A stretch of 64,000 nucleotides of DNA, from assembly GCA_964016885.1 (NCBI GenBank), contig OZ024743.1:228594001-228658000 (forward strand), given 5' to 3'. This stretch comes from Eledone cirrhosa (Eukaryota). Below, in pieces: positions 41,691-55,890 of this stretch (positions are counted from its first letter, which is position 1; every line of letters starts with the position of its first letter). The translations under genes and the position numbers were made by a program. Below the pieces are notes generated by a model. It searched no databases, was not told the DNA's origin, and worked only from the letters and a program-made list of their open reading frames with translations.

Positions 41691-41737
41691 GTACAACTGT
41701 TGATATAAAGTGTAGAAGGAAAAAGAGAGAAATGCTT

Positions 41738-41772
<35 letters not shown>

Positions 41773-42229
41773 GTTGTTGTTTGTTTTGATTTTTTTCTCC
41801 ATTTTCGTCAGCTATGCTTGTTATAGGTAAAAAGAGGTGAGTCATATTTCTGTTTGTTCTCTCACATGCTCTTGAGAATTTGTCCCCCTGTTTCCAACTT
41901 CAAGCATGTATATGTGTATGTGTAAAAATATATGTCAATGTGTATGTATGTATGTATTTGCAGAAGTGTGTATATCCATGTATGTATGTAACCAAGTATG
42001 TGAATGCACATCTGTTTGTATGTGCTTTTGCATATGCATGTGTGTTTGTGTGTGTTTGCACATATGTATGTGTGTGTGTGTGTGTTTGAGTGTATGTCTT
42101 TGCACATGAGTGTGCATGTAGAAGTTTATGCATATGCACGTCATTGTGTGTGTCTTTGTACATTTCTATATCAATGAGTGTGTGTGTATGTCTTTGCCCC
42201 AGTGCGTATGCATGATTTTGCAGAAGTGT

Positions 42230-42590
42230 GTGCATGTATGTTTGAATGCAGAAACGCACGTTTGTGTATTTTTGTATGCAGAAGCATATGTGTCTCTATG
42301 TGTGTGTGTGTGCAGAAGCATATGTGCGTGTCTTAATGCGTGTATGCAGAACTGTATGTGTGTATGCAGAACCATATGTGTGTGTATGTATGTGTGTATG
42401 CAGAACCACATGTGTATGTATGCAGAACCATATGTATGTATCTGTATGTGTGTATGCAGAAGCACATATGTGTGTATGTATGTTTGTATACAGAAGCGTA
42501 TGTGTTTGTATGTATATCTGTATGCAGAAATGCATGTTTGTGTATGTTTGTATGCAGAACTGTATGTGTATATGCAGAAACATATGTGAT
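42230..42590. repeat. Minisatellite with TGTATGCAGAA core in (TG/TA)n
   Basis: About ten ATGCAGAA units spaced 20-35 bp apart. Confidence 0.8.
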
Positions 42591-44098
42591 TGTATGTGTA
42601 GTATGCATGCTAGCACCACTATCAAGAGTAATCCATATATAAGAAATAGTGATTCAATGTCACAATCGTCCTCAATTTTGTCACTTGCTCTCTTTTGTTT
42701 TCAGTCCCTTCCTCCTCCCTCATTCACTTCCCCATTTTTCTTCCCCCTAGAGCCTTTTTCACAAATCTTTCTGAATGTATATATACAGTAAAGCAACAAC
42801 ATCCCGCCACCATCGACAGCAACAATAACAGGCGAAACAATTCATTATTACTTTTCCAGCTCAACTAACTTGCTCCCCATCCTCACACACACACACACAC
42901 TCAAACACAAACACACACGCTATCTATCGATTTATTTGTCTGCCTATGTGTCTGTCTATCTATATACCTATCAATCATCTATTAATCTCTCTATCTATTT
43001 ATCCATATGTATGTTTGTTTATCTATCTATCTATCTATCTGTCTATCATCTATTTATCATCTGTCTACCTATTAATCTATCTATCATCTGTCTATCTATT
43101 AATCTATCTATCTACCCATATGTCTGTCTTTGTATCTATCAATCTATCTATCAACTATCTATATATTTATCTACCTATCTGCCTATCTATCAATCTATCA
43201 ATATATTTATCCATCCATCTGTGCTGACTGTCTATCTATCTATGTATCTGGCTTCTTGTCAACCTTGGTCTCAGTGAGTGGATGGGTTGGTGTGTAGGAC
43301 AGAGGAAACATCAGTAACTATGTAAAAATGGATCAGGTTTCATTCCCTCTGAAAAACCCAGCATGTTGGCAGCTCATTGTTGTGTTACATGCAGACATTA
43401 CTTGCGATGAGCAAGCCTGTTGATTTGGTGGTTGCAGTGTTGGGTGAGGTGAGCTAGTGAGCATCAGATATATTAAGGCATCAGGAGAGAGACATATGTG
43501 TGTGTGAGGAGAAGAGAGAGGGGGGGAGGGGGAGGAGAGACAATGCATCATGAGTAGATTATTCCTTTTAGGATAAATTTCACATTAACTGCACAGTGAG
43601 ATGACACAACGTTGTAATTACATTTTCCAAAATTATATTTACACACTCACACACACATGAATACATACATACAAATCTGTTATGGATGTACATGCAATTA
43701 CCACTTTCCTTGGAAAAATTCTTGAGAAATGTGAAATTTTAAACCAATTTCATATAAATACATACGTATATAAATATAAATATATATATATATATACACA
43801 CATATACAATATACATTTGTGTGTGTATGTACATATATATATGTGTGTGTGTGTATACATATATATATATATATATAATGTGCGTGTGTTTTTAAAATTC
43901 TTTCAGCACAATTACTAATGGTGTCATAGTAACTATCATGATTGTAGGAATAAAGTTAGGATATATATTGAGAATCAGAATCAGATACTCCTTAAAGTGG
44001 TTTTGACAGCAATGTGTGAGTGTACATCTCTCCATCTGAAACAACCTACAATTCAGTCCTCTTTGTGAGTGTGTATGTATACCTTCTCTCTCTCTCTG

Positions 44099-44154
<56 letters not shown>

Positions 44155-47100
44155 CAGTAGCACTAACATGGCGTCGTTCATAATTGGTTGTATATGATAA
44201 AAATAAACATGTATATGCTTTCATATACACCTCTATAACATATATATATATGTTTAGTTCTCTTTCGTTAATTTGGATAGTTAGTAATTTTATATAAATT
44301 TTGCATTCTCATTTCAAATCCCACTGAAGTTAATTTTACCTTTTACCTCTTATCCTTCCAAAGTCAATGAATAAAGTGCCAGAACATGGGGACAGAGGGT
44401 TGGTTAAATTGTTAAAGTGTCAGATGGATTGCTTTGCTGTATTTGATCCATTTCTGTGAATTATGAGTTGAAATACCATCTGCTTTTGCCAGCAGATTGT
44501 ATCATTCGTAACACTGTTTTCTTGGTTCGAGCTAATAACCAGCTCCTTTCATTTTCGTCATCTTTTATCTCACATAAAAACCTAAATCCGTTTGATTCAC
44601 TTCATCTATTGCTTAAGAATCAGTTAGACATGAAACTCAGAGTCACAGTTTCTTAAGTTTTTCAAGCTTTCAGTAAATTTTATGTTACTCCACTGTACTC
44701 ACTTATTTTTTTAAGCATTTCTAAATATGTTTAGAAATGTTTAGCAAGGAATTTGGCTGAAATAGTACCTCAAAAGTCCTGTCCTAATCTTGATAGCAAG
44801 GAAAAGGATACATAAAAGTGATGATGATGTGTGGAATTTCTTCATATAAAAACATATATGTACGACAAAAAAATCATTAAAAAGGTATGAATTATGTGTA
44901 GAATACTAATGTATGATTGTGAATATATGTATTCATAAGCAAATATGAAACCATGTGTGTGCATGTGCAGTTGTGCATGAATGGCTATCATACATGCATG
45001 CATGTGTGCATATGCATGTATGTGCCCACATCGTATTTGAATATGTATGTTAAATATATATTCATATACTTCTGTATGTATAAACATATATGCTTATGTG
45101 CATGAGCAGATGTACATCCATATGCACACACCTATGTTTTATGCACATGCCTGTATGTGTGTCTGTATGTTTCTTTGTGTCTGCTGTGTGTGATTTGGAG
45201 TGTGATCATATGTACACCCACATGAACACACCTATATCTTATGTGCATGTCTGTGTGTACGTGTGTGTCTGTGATTGTTTCTGAGTGCATATGTATGTGC
45301 CTGTGTGTTTAGCCAGAGTAATTTGATATGGAATCTCCTAATTATTATTGATTATTTAAAACACAGCGGGGGAAAGATTACCATTCACAAAATATCTATG
45401 TCAAGAACTAGGGCAGTGAATCGAAGAACAAAAGGAAAACGGTAAATCTCTTTCAGTAGGAATCATAAGAAATGTAAACTGATGTTGTTTACAGGGGTGA
45501 AACACTAGTTTATACAGCTCCTTTCAGATATTTCCTTCCACCAATAGCAGCATGATGTTTACCAAATTCCATCCAGTCATCCATCCATCTATCTATCTAT
45601 CTTTACTGTTGTTGTACACCTTTCCAAGCATCTTTCTTCACAATACCATTATATAAGATCAGTGAGGCTGAATGATCATAGCAGCTAGAGATGGACTTCC
45701 TCATTATCACCATTAATGTTTTATATCCATTTTTATATGCTCACATAGGTTGGATGGGTGTTATCCAGTTCAGCTCCCCTCTAATCATTTCATTCCTTCA
45801 TCTTTTGTTCTATGATTTTCAGTGTTTTGTGATCAGCTCTCATTACCTATGGTCAAATCTCCCCCAGTATTTCTCCACTGCAGCTGGTGTCTACTGGGAT
45901 CTCATGACACTGCTTCACCAAATGATTACCATCCATATGCATCAAATATCCATAACAGTGAAGCCTTGTGTACAGCCTCTTGTGTACAGCATTTTATTCT
46001 TCTTATATCCAGTTTTTGTCTCTGCTCACTCATGCTTCATTCTTCATGCATGTTATCATTTCACATCTACTTGACTATGGTTTGCTATTCCTTACTACAT
46101 TTGCTGCAGTTTGAGTTGTTGTTACTATAGTAGAGGAGGCATTTGTACAAGATACCACAGAGTGAGACTGAACCCAGAACTATATGATTGTGAAGTGAAC
46201 TCCTTAAACACAGAGCTACGCCTACATCTTTTTTAATGGAAATGAAGTAATTTTGACAGCAGTAAATAAGTATATTTTCACAATAAAGCAATTCTTTCAT
46301 AAAAACAGGCAAGAAGAGAGTTTCTTTTAGTTTTGTAGATACTTATAGCAACCTAAAAAGACGAATTTCTTTTCTCTCTTGTAAATATATTGTTTTCTTT
46401 TTTCTTTGTTCTTTATTGTTATTATTTTTATATTCAAGAAGGTATCATTAATTTCCCGTTATGTGAATTATTCTGTTCAGCCACTCAGCAGCAAGATTAT
46501 TCCATAAATTCCACCCTCACAGCTGGGCTAAATCAGAACTTAATGGAGCATCTAATTCCTAGACTTGCTCTTCTTTCAGTATATAATCCCAGAAAATCCT
46601 ACTCCCCATTTTTAAATTGCCATATATAACATGTGATGAAGAAAGCCAAAAGATTGTCCACTGAAAGCTAAAACAAACTATTTTGTGTCTTCTGTCTTTC
46701 AAAGAACAAAATATAAAGAATTATAAAGAAAAAAATATATCATTCCCATTCCAGTTACGACCTTTCCAAGACCTAAGACATGTATTTCTTCTATAGACAC
46801 AAACTGTAATACAAGATAGAAAGAATGAAAGAAAGAAAAAAGACAGGAAAGAAATGAAAGAAAGAATAAAAAATCCCTAAAGAGGTGCCAGAGAAAAAAT
46901 CAAAGAAAAACAGAAAGAGAAAATAATATGAAATGAAAAAGAATGATAGCAGTTATGTTTCTTAATCAATAAAGCCATATCACAAAAGAGAAGGTGTGGG
47001 GACGAGAAGGAGGTGTTGTTGAAAGATCTTTGGTTATACTCAACCAACACTATAGAACTTTGTGTTTAGCTCTATCACAACAGTGAGTACACAACTATAT

Positions 47101-48394
47101 AATGTAAATAAAGAGAAAAATCACACATATGATTATTATTATGAAGATGATTGTACACATGCTCACACAAGCACATGCACACACAAGCACATGCACAGAG
47201 GAACACACCTGCACATATACACACACATACACATGTACATACTTACACAAGCACATATACAATTATAAACACACACACACACACACACACACATGAATAT
47301 ACATGCAGTTACACAATGAAATCAATATAGAATACGAAATGCCAAAGATTAATGCAGTCTTTATCAACTGGGGACAATTAAACACTGTCAGAGGTCACCT
47401 AGAGGAAAGCTCAGCACTCGTTTGATATAATCGATAATAAATCAGTATATTGGTAAAATAATAGAGAACACATTAAAAATCAGTTATCTGGTTGGCTAGT
47501 TAATATGGTGCATCAAGCTCAACATAGACATGATGTCCTTGTATCAATGCTGCTGCCGACATTGATGGAGATGAGTGCCACTGATGGAAAGAAGAGAGGC
47601 CACACTAGATATAATGGTATTCTACATAACAGAGATCAACTGAATGCAAACTGTACAAGTGTGTGCATGCATGTGCAAGTGAGTGCATGTGAGTGCACAG
47701 AGGCTGCAGTAAAATGAGCGGAAACATTTCTTTTATAACATTGATAACCAAGTGTGCCCAGCTGATAGCTGTTGTATATGAAAAGAGCCCTTACTTACAT
47801 GGATGATGCAGTTAATGATTTGGTACTACTGTATGCATATGTGCATATGTTGATAATCAGCAAGTGGATTGGTGTAATCTGGCTATTGATAGCTTTCAAT
47901 TGCATAAATGTGCATTATGCACATATGTGTGTATGTATCTATCTAAAGATGTATTTAGATATTTATGTAGATATGTATGTATGTATGCATGTAGATATTC
48001 ATGTATGTATGTATGCAGTATGCATGTAGATATTCATATATGTATGATGTATGTATGTATGTAGATATGTATGTATATCTATGTATTTATGTATGTATAT
48101 ATTTATGTATGTATGTAGATATGTATGTATATCTATGTATTTATGTATGTATATATTTATGTATGTATATAGATATGAAAAATGCATAGATGAGTAAAGG
48201 CAGACATTTGTCTTGCTTATATACTTGGCAGCAGATATTCCTAAGTACATGTAGCACTAAGACATAATATAAAGAAAAACAGAAAAGAGTTGCACAAGCA
48301 ATTATGTGTGTATGAGTGTGTTTGTGTGTGAGCATGTTTGTTTATGCACTTGCATATACTAATATATATATATATTTGTACATGCACACACATG

Positions 48395-48449
<55 letters not shown>

Positions 48450-48495
48450 TCCATTCAAACAATCTCTTAAACATTTATACAAAGTTATGCATGTG

Positions 48496-48547
<52 letters not shown>

Positions 48548-50042
48548 TACATATATATATATGTACAATGTATATATGTATATGTGCATGTATATATATA
48601 TATATATATTGAGAGAGAGAAAGAGAGAAAGAGAGTTGGGGTGTAGAGAGAAATAAGTGAGGGACAGGAGAATATATAACACTTATATACACATACACAC
48701 CAATACCCAGGAGATATTTATATGAGATAACAGATATGAGTTAAAGAATGATAGATTCTCTCACACACACACAGGTAGCGAAGGAGGGGAGATAAAACAA
48801 CAACAACAACCCCCTCTAACCCTGCCAAGAGCTATGAATCCAAAAGGTTAGCCATCATAGATGGCAGCACAGCTGTAAGTAACAAGTAGCTAGCATATAT
48901 TAATGCATATGCATTAACAGTGCATTATCTAGAGCACTGAGCGTCCAGCCTTAGCTATGACAAACAGCCCTTTCTCATTCAGTCTCTCTCTTTCTGTCTC
49001 TGCGATATGTGCAGATATCAATACATATCATGTACAGTGAGCCTCCATCAGATGCAAACATAACAGATGACAAGATGTCACACATATTTCATCGAAAGAA
49101 GATGTCAAAAAAAGGGGTATTTTTGCCTATTTTTACCTTTTTTTTCTTCTTTCAGAATATATGAACATTAACTCTTTGTCACCATATCCCAAATCAATAT
49201 AAGTTAACAGGTTCACACCTAAAACATACTTTACTATTGTTGGCTTTTATTTGGGGATTTCTTAATTTTTTATCGTCTTTCTCATATTTATACATACGTA
49301 TTTTCACACATAAGTGTGTGAGTGTGTGTGCGTGTGTGGGGGGGATAAATGTGGATGTGCGTGCATATACATTCATGTGTGTTTTTCTGTTTATGTATCT
49401 TTGTGCTTTCGTGTGGGTTTTCATGCATGTGCTTCCATATATGTATTACTTCGTGTACATCTGTGTGAGTATGCACTTTCAGGTGTGCATTTTTTGTGTT
49501 CTTTCAAATGTGTGTGCATGTGTCGGTGTGTCTAAGTGTGTTTTCGTGTAAAAAAAATGAAGCTTAGTTAGATGTTTCATAAATGCAAAAAAAAAAAAAT
49601 GAATTTGACATGCTTAGAATTTACTAACATCTATTGGTCGCCGAGTGGATTACGGAAGATGTTTTTTGGACAAGGATGGAAAAAAAAAACCTTGCATTTA
49701 TTGAAAAAGCCAAAAAAATAAAAAAAAGGAATAAAATGTATTAATAAATATAAAATAAAATAATGCATGTTTTCTTCTGGATGTAATATATTGCATAAGA
49801 GTGTCTAGAAGATGTATCTAGAGCTAAAGATTCAAACTGAGCTGAGCCAGCACTTCATTGCCATTAATAGAATGAACATTATCATGCAACTTGTACATTT
49901 GAAATACACTTCAGACATATTCTATTGGGAAGTAAAATGGGGCTTTGTAACCATGATATGCACAAAATGAGTGTGCATATGTATGTTTGCATGTGCCTAT
50001 ATATATATATATGTATTTCACGAACATACATTTATGTTTTAA

Positions 50043-50425
50043 AGGCACATGGCTTAGTGGTTAGAGCATTGGCTTTGCAATTGAAAGGTTGTGAGTTCAA
50101 TTCTCAGACTGGGTGATGTGTTGATTCCTTGAGCAAGACACTTTATTTCACATTGCTCCAGTTCACTCAGCTGTAGAAATGAGATGATAAGGACTGCGGT
50201 CCCTATCATTCAACTGCAAAGTCGTCATGGAGGTGCCACGGCAAAAAAGCACCCAGCCCATACAGTAACGTGGACGTGTAGGCGCCACGGAAAAAAAAGC
50301 ACCCAGCACTCACTGTAAATGAGGTTGGTGTTAGGAAGGGCATCCAGCTGTAGAAATCAAGCCAGAATCAGTTCCCGTCCCACCCTTGCAAGCAGGGAAA
50401 AGTGGATGTAAAATGAAATGATGAA
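50043..50425 (+). mobile_element. Chimeric SINE, second copy
   Basis: Collinear with 23231-23620 across both junctions. Confidence 0.85.
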
Positions 50426-50473
50426 ATGAACTATATATATGCACATACATATAAATACCTATGTACTCATAAT

Positions 50474-50504
<31 letters not shown>

Positions 50505-50544
50505 ATGTACCCATGTGTGTGCATGCATGTGCGCACGTATGTGC

Positions 50545-50608
<64 letters not shown>

Positions 50609-51742
50609 CCATTTTATGTCCCAAATGCAAAGTATGGGTGCATAAAAGATGTAGTGGGATCACAGGTAAGCTATCTAAGAACGTAGATTTTATATGTGGC
50701 TGGTGCTCAGATGCAATAAGTAGCAAGTGCCCACAGGATACTAGCTCCTTCTATTGCCCAGATGACTCTATAGAAATAGTCGACACCTTCCGTTACCTGG
50801 GTGACAAAATCAGCAGTGGTGGAGGCTGCTCTGAAAGTACAGTAGCCAGTGTCAGAATGGGATGGAAAAAGTTCAGAGAGCTTATATCACTATTGGCCGC
50901 TAAAGGTTTCTCTCTAAAAATGAAAGGCAGACTGTAGGATGCCTGCATACGAACAGCAATGTTACATGGCTGGGAGACATGGGCAGTGTGTGCAGAGGAT
51001 CTGCGCAGACTGGAGAGAAAGGAAGCATGCATGCTCCATTGGATGTGTAATAGTAATATATGTGAACGGCAAAGCATAAATGAACTAAGTGAGAAATTAG
51101 GAATAAGAGGGATCAGATGCTGTTTATTCGAGAGAAGACTATGTTGGTATGGTCATGTGATGCACATGAAAGACGACAGCTGTATAAAAATGTGCAGGGC
51201 GATCAAAATTGATAGAAGTTACGGAGTAGGCAGACCCAGAAAAACCTGGGACGATTTGATAAATTCCGACCTTACACCCTTACACCTTTCTAAGACAATG
51301 TCACTGGACTGAGATCTTTGGCGCTAAGCAGTAATACAGAAGACCTGCCTTGCCTAAGTACAAAGCAAAACCTATAGTGAGTAGGCACCTCTTAATCAAC
51401 TATACAACCCCATACCACTACCTCAACTCCACCCCCACCCCCATCAACACCATCCCTTTCTCTGGTACCACAACATCCAGTCCTAAATAAATGAGGTTGT
51501 GTAGGTGTCACGACAAAAAAAAAAACACACAGTCCACACTGTAATGTGGCCGTGTAGGTAACATGGTAAAAGCCTCCCAGTCCACACTGTAAACGTGGTT
51601 GGTGTTAGGAAGGGCATCCAGCCGTAGAAAACCAGCCAGGTAGTCCTATACGAGTGAGACAACCAATCTTGCCTCAAGTGGGATAATTCCCGTCTAAACC
51701 CATGCTAGCGTGGAAGATAGATGTTAAACGATGATGATGATG
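50609..51742 (+). mobile_element. RTE-clade LINE (RTE-C), 5'-truncated
   Basis: [38 protein letters not shown], then a 3'UTR with CCCATGCTAGCGTGGAAG and (GAT)n. Confidence 0.92.
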
Positions 51743-52092
51743 ATATATATATATATATATATGGGCATGCGGCTTAGTGTTCAGAGAATTGGATTCAAAA
51801 GCATGAGGCTCTGAGTTTCCAAGAGTGAGTAATGAATTGTGTCCTTCTGCATGACACTTTTTTTCCCATTGCTTTTGTTCACTCATCTGTAAAAATAAGT
51901 TGTAATATTACTGGTGCCAAGCTGTTTTGACCTTTGCCTTTCTCTTAGATGAATGACATTGGTGGCATGGAGAGTGGGGACTGGTATGTATGAGTGACTG
52001 TTCATCTTACACAACAACAGCTTGCTTCAGAGGGGAATTTTCTAGGTGCAAAACCCATAACCATTACTGAAGGGATGTTTTACCATTTGCAC

Positions 52093-52213
<121 letters not shown>

Positions 52214-53945
52214 ATGTGTGTGCGCATGTGTGTGCGCATGTGTGTGCGCATGTGTGTTTGTAGGATAGGAATTCTGTATTCCTGCATATCCTATGAGACA
52301 ACTAAAAGAGTTGCTAACACAAACGACTCTTCTATGTAATAGCTTCTTCAAGGCTTTAAAATGGCCTTGAAACACTTCCTCTGTTCTTATATTTATTGTC
52401 TCAAGCTGCTTTTGGCCAACAATGATGATAATAAATTCTTATTATACACACTCCTAATTTTTATTCTCCTCCAAGTTAGCTGTGTGCCAATAAAAGAGGG
52501 TCGGGATATTTAGCATCTATGTTTAGCAGCTTCAGCTTCCATGTGGAGATTCCTTCTCTGGCTAATCTTCATTAATGGTAGAATGGACAAAACAATACCA
52601 ACAATAACAAAAGTAGAAATTTCTGTTTATGTATGCATTTATTTAATTACTCCTAGAGATAGCGGTTCATCATGTAATTTAAGAAGAGATTTGTATCGTA
52701 ATAATAAAATAAATAAAGGAAATAAATATGTGTCTCTCCCAACACCCCCACCCCCATCCACCACCACCACCATCAAAAAAATAATAATATATATAATAAT
52801 TCTTGCAGTTTTGAGGAGAGATTTTTCTGTGAAATTTCCATATTGTGTTGCAGATGAAATAATCCAAGTGAATGTTATGTGTCTATCAAACGTGATGAAT
52901 GAACAGAATGAAGAGAAAATTCAGTTTCCGTAAGTAACAAATAGCCTATTGACATGAATTGAGGTTATCATGGATCAACAACTCCTCTTTTAGATTATAT
53001 TCTTTTATTCTTTTACTGATTTCAGTCTTTAGACTACTGATATACTAGGGCACCAGCTTAAAGTCAATCATATCAACTCCAGTACTGATGTGATTTTTTT
53101 TTTAAAGTCTGCTACTTATTTTATTGATCTCTTTCTTGTTGAAGCAATAATTTATGGGGCATCATTACAGACACAGACGTCATCACAAACAGACACGAGA
53201 CTCACACACAGACATGTATATAACATGCTTCTGTAGTTTCTGTCTCCCAGTTTTCACTCATAAGGCATTGATCAACCTGAGGCTATAGTTGAAGAGACTT
53301 GCCCAAGATGTTGCACAGTGGGACAGAACCAGAAACCACGTGGCTGCTGAATAAATCTCTTAACTACGTGGCCATGCCAGATAATTATTTTCAATCCTAA
53401 CAATTGGCGAGTAGAGGCCTGAAATTGAACCACAACGACAATCATGATGACAACCTCCAGTTAGGGTGGAAGGGTTGGAGATAAATAAATAATTGTTTCT
53501 ATTTTTTGCACAAGGCCAGCAATTACCCAGTACATTATGATATAAATAAATAATGTAGTATTTAAGATGTACAATATTTCAAATGAAAGACTATCAAAGA
53601 TTTTCAAATAACTTTGAAAATAATCAAGAATTTTGAAGGATTTTACAATATAATTACTGTTTTTAGAATTTAGAAAAGCCTATCACTCACCAGGTCTGAA
53701 CACAGCTAACTTGAGAGAGAGATTAGATGAAGAGCTAAGTTGATCCCATCAGGATTTGAACCTAGATCACAGAGAGCCAGTACGAATACTACAAACCATT
53801 GTAGTTCTAATGACTCCCACTTTGCTGCATTTAAAGAACAGATAAGTAAAAACAAAACCAAAATAAAACAAGTAAGAATGAAATAGACAGAAAGACATCG
53901 AGTTTATCAATTAATCTCTTCTTTTATTGCTAAAAATAGCTTTAC

Positions 53946-54034
53946 TTGAACAGAATACGTCATTGAATCTGACTTAGACATATATTGAAAAGCTCCACTT
54001 TGTACTGCTGCTGCTGCTGATGACTGCCTGCTAA
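53946..54034 (-). CDS. Candidate internal exon, unidentified gene
   Basis: Acceptor ATCTACCCAG (alternative TTTTCAG at 54111-54110). Frame SRQSSAAAAVQSGAFQYMSKSDSMTYSVQ; donor CAA|GTAAAG, phase 0. Confidence 0.2.
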
Positions 54035-54347
54035 CTGGGTAGATAATACATTCTAATGTGTCAAATCGTATACAGATGATAATGTACTGCATTTTGCATT
54101 GAAAATTTTCTGAAAATTTTCTGAAAATTAACTGAATATATTGGTTAAATGACAAGTGCAGTAGCTGATAAGAACAGAAGACAGCAATGTAACCCTTTCG
54201 TGACTGTATTTCTAATGAAATACACTCTATTTCAATTAATTAGTGTAACATTTTTAGGAATTTACTAAAATTATTGATTATTTCATTACTAAATAGTAAC
54301 TTAATGCATGGTTCCGATGTAAAATTAGAACAGTTTTATTCAAATAG

Positions 54348-54510
54348 GAACCCTCTGGTGTCCTTGGCCCTAGGACCACCTCCTGGCCCACCACCATCAA
54401 CACAGTGTTGGCTACTTGCAGGTGTGAGCCTCGTGAGCTTGAATGAGTCTTCCAACATGCTACCCTCATCGTCCTCCAGGGAAACACCTTCTCTATTCTA
54501 TCCACCGGGG
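54348..54510 (+). mobile_element. CRE-like (RLE) non-LTR retrotransposon C-terminal relic
   Basis: SGVLGPRTTSWPTTINTVLATCRCEPRELE*VFQHATLIVLQGNTFSILST resembles the ETxGxxG...QRxSxAxxRGNAxSIL ending of CRE-clade ORFs. GC-rich island. Confidence 0.55.
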
Positions 54511-55457
54511 CTGCAGGGCAGCCAACACATGGGCCCCCATTTGCTTATAATAGGGAGAGCGGGAGAGACAGTGACAGTTTGGTTCCATTGTGTTTGGACC
54601 TGGTATATATGTATACATGTATTTACCACACCACATTAATCATTAAAGTTCCACAGAATCAGTGCCACTTTAAGTCCAGCTAGTATCAAGAGAGTTAACT
54701 GAATATATTAGTTATATAATATGAACAGTAGCTGCCAACAACAGAATACAGCAACCTTAAAGGTGATACATTGAGAATTTCATTAATTTTTCAATAGCTT
54801 CAAGATGGATAAGTAAAAGAATGAATTTATTTGTATGTGTGTATGTATGTGTAGCATATGTCTGGTGCCGGGTGGAACGTGTGTATAGCTTTGTAGTTAT
54901 GGTATTCAGTGTACAATCATAATGTCATATATTTGATTCTCAGCAGCACATTGTGTCCTTGAACAAGTCACTTTATTTCAAGTTGCCCTAGTCCATTCGG
55001 TTGGCAAACATGAGTGTTTTACTCATAAATTCAAATGGCCAATCTTGTCACATTTTGTCACATTGAATCTCTCTGAGAACTACTTTGAAGGTGCATGTGT
55101 CTTTGGAATGCTTCGTTGTGTGCATGTTAATTCCATAAGCAGGCGGTCCCATTGTTTAAAAAATAAGAAGACATGTGATCGGTACTGTTGGAAGTTCAAC
55201 ACATAAGTGTGTGTGTGTGCTTGTGTGTGAGCATATGTGTGTATGTGTGTATGTGTACTTTGTCATTTGTCATCATTTCTGATTAGTAACCCTAATATAC
55301 ATTCTCACAGATTAGAGAAATATTGTACAAATATGTGTATATATATGTCTGTGTCTTCAACAATTACCATCCATATTTAATGCTTCATTCCAATATACAC
55401 AACTCAGACAATACACTCATCCAAACACATGAACATATATTTATATATGTGTATATA

Positions 55458-55532
<75 letters not shown>

Positions 55533-55593
55533 CAGAGTCATTAACTCATATTGATACCCTGCAATTAACAAGCTCAAAGTATAAATACTGAGC

Positions 55594-55757
55594 AGAAATA
55601 AACACAGTAAATTCTGTGTCTAAAATTACGAGGGTAGAGAATGCCACAAATGTTTTATATATTTAACCTGAAACATACAGTAGGATAAATATATAAAACA
55701 TTTGTGACATTCTCTACCCTCGTAATTTTAGACACGGAATATACTATGTTTATTTCT
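55594..55757 (+). mobile_element. Fold-back element whose loop is a hammerhead 3' half
   Basis: Arms 55594-55669 and 55682-55757 (~76 bp, few mismatches). Loop GAAACATACAGT followed by A. Confidence 0.6.
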
Positions 55758-55769
55758 ACATATATTATT

Positions 55770-55890
55770 TTGAGTTCAAATCCTGTCGAGGTTAAATTTG
55801 CCTTTTATCCTTACAGGGTCGATAAAATAAAGTACCAGTAATGTACTAGGTAATTGCTGGCCTTGTGCCAAAAGTAGAAACAATTATTAT
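55770..55890 (+). mobile_element. SINE family A, 5'-truncated
   Basis: GAGTTCAAATCC..GGGTCGATAAAATAAAGTACCAG..CCAAAAGTAGAAACAATTA. Confidence 0.85.

Noticed and set aside
40785-41741. 318-aa Thr/Ile-rich mucin-like ORF and 281-aa Val/Met ORF on the opposite strand
   Set aside because: Both are open only because the GGT/GAT triplet array lacks stops in those frames. There is no non-repetitive domain or splice evidence.
42230-42590. Regularly spaced TGTATGCAGAA repeats resembling a CRISPR array
   Set aside because: The spacers are TG/TA microsatellite rather than unique sequence, the context is eukaryotic and there are no cas genes.
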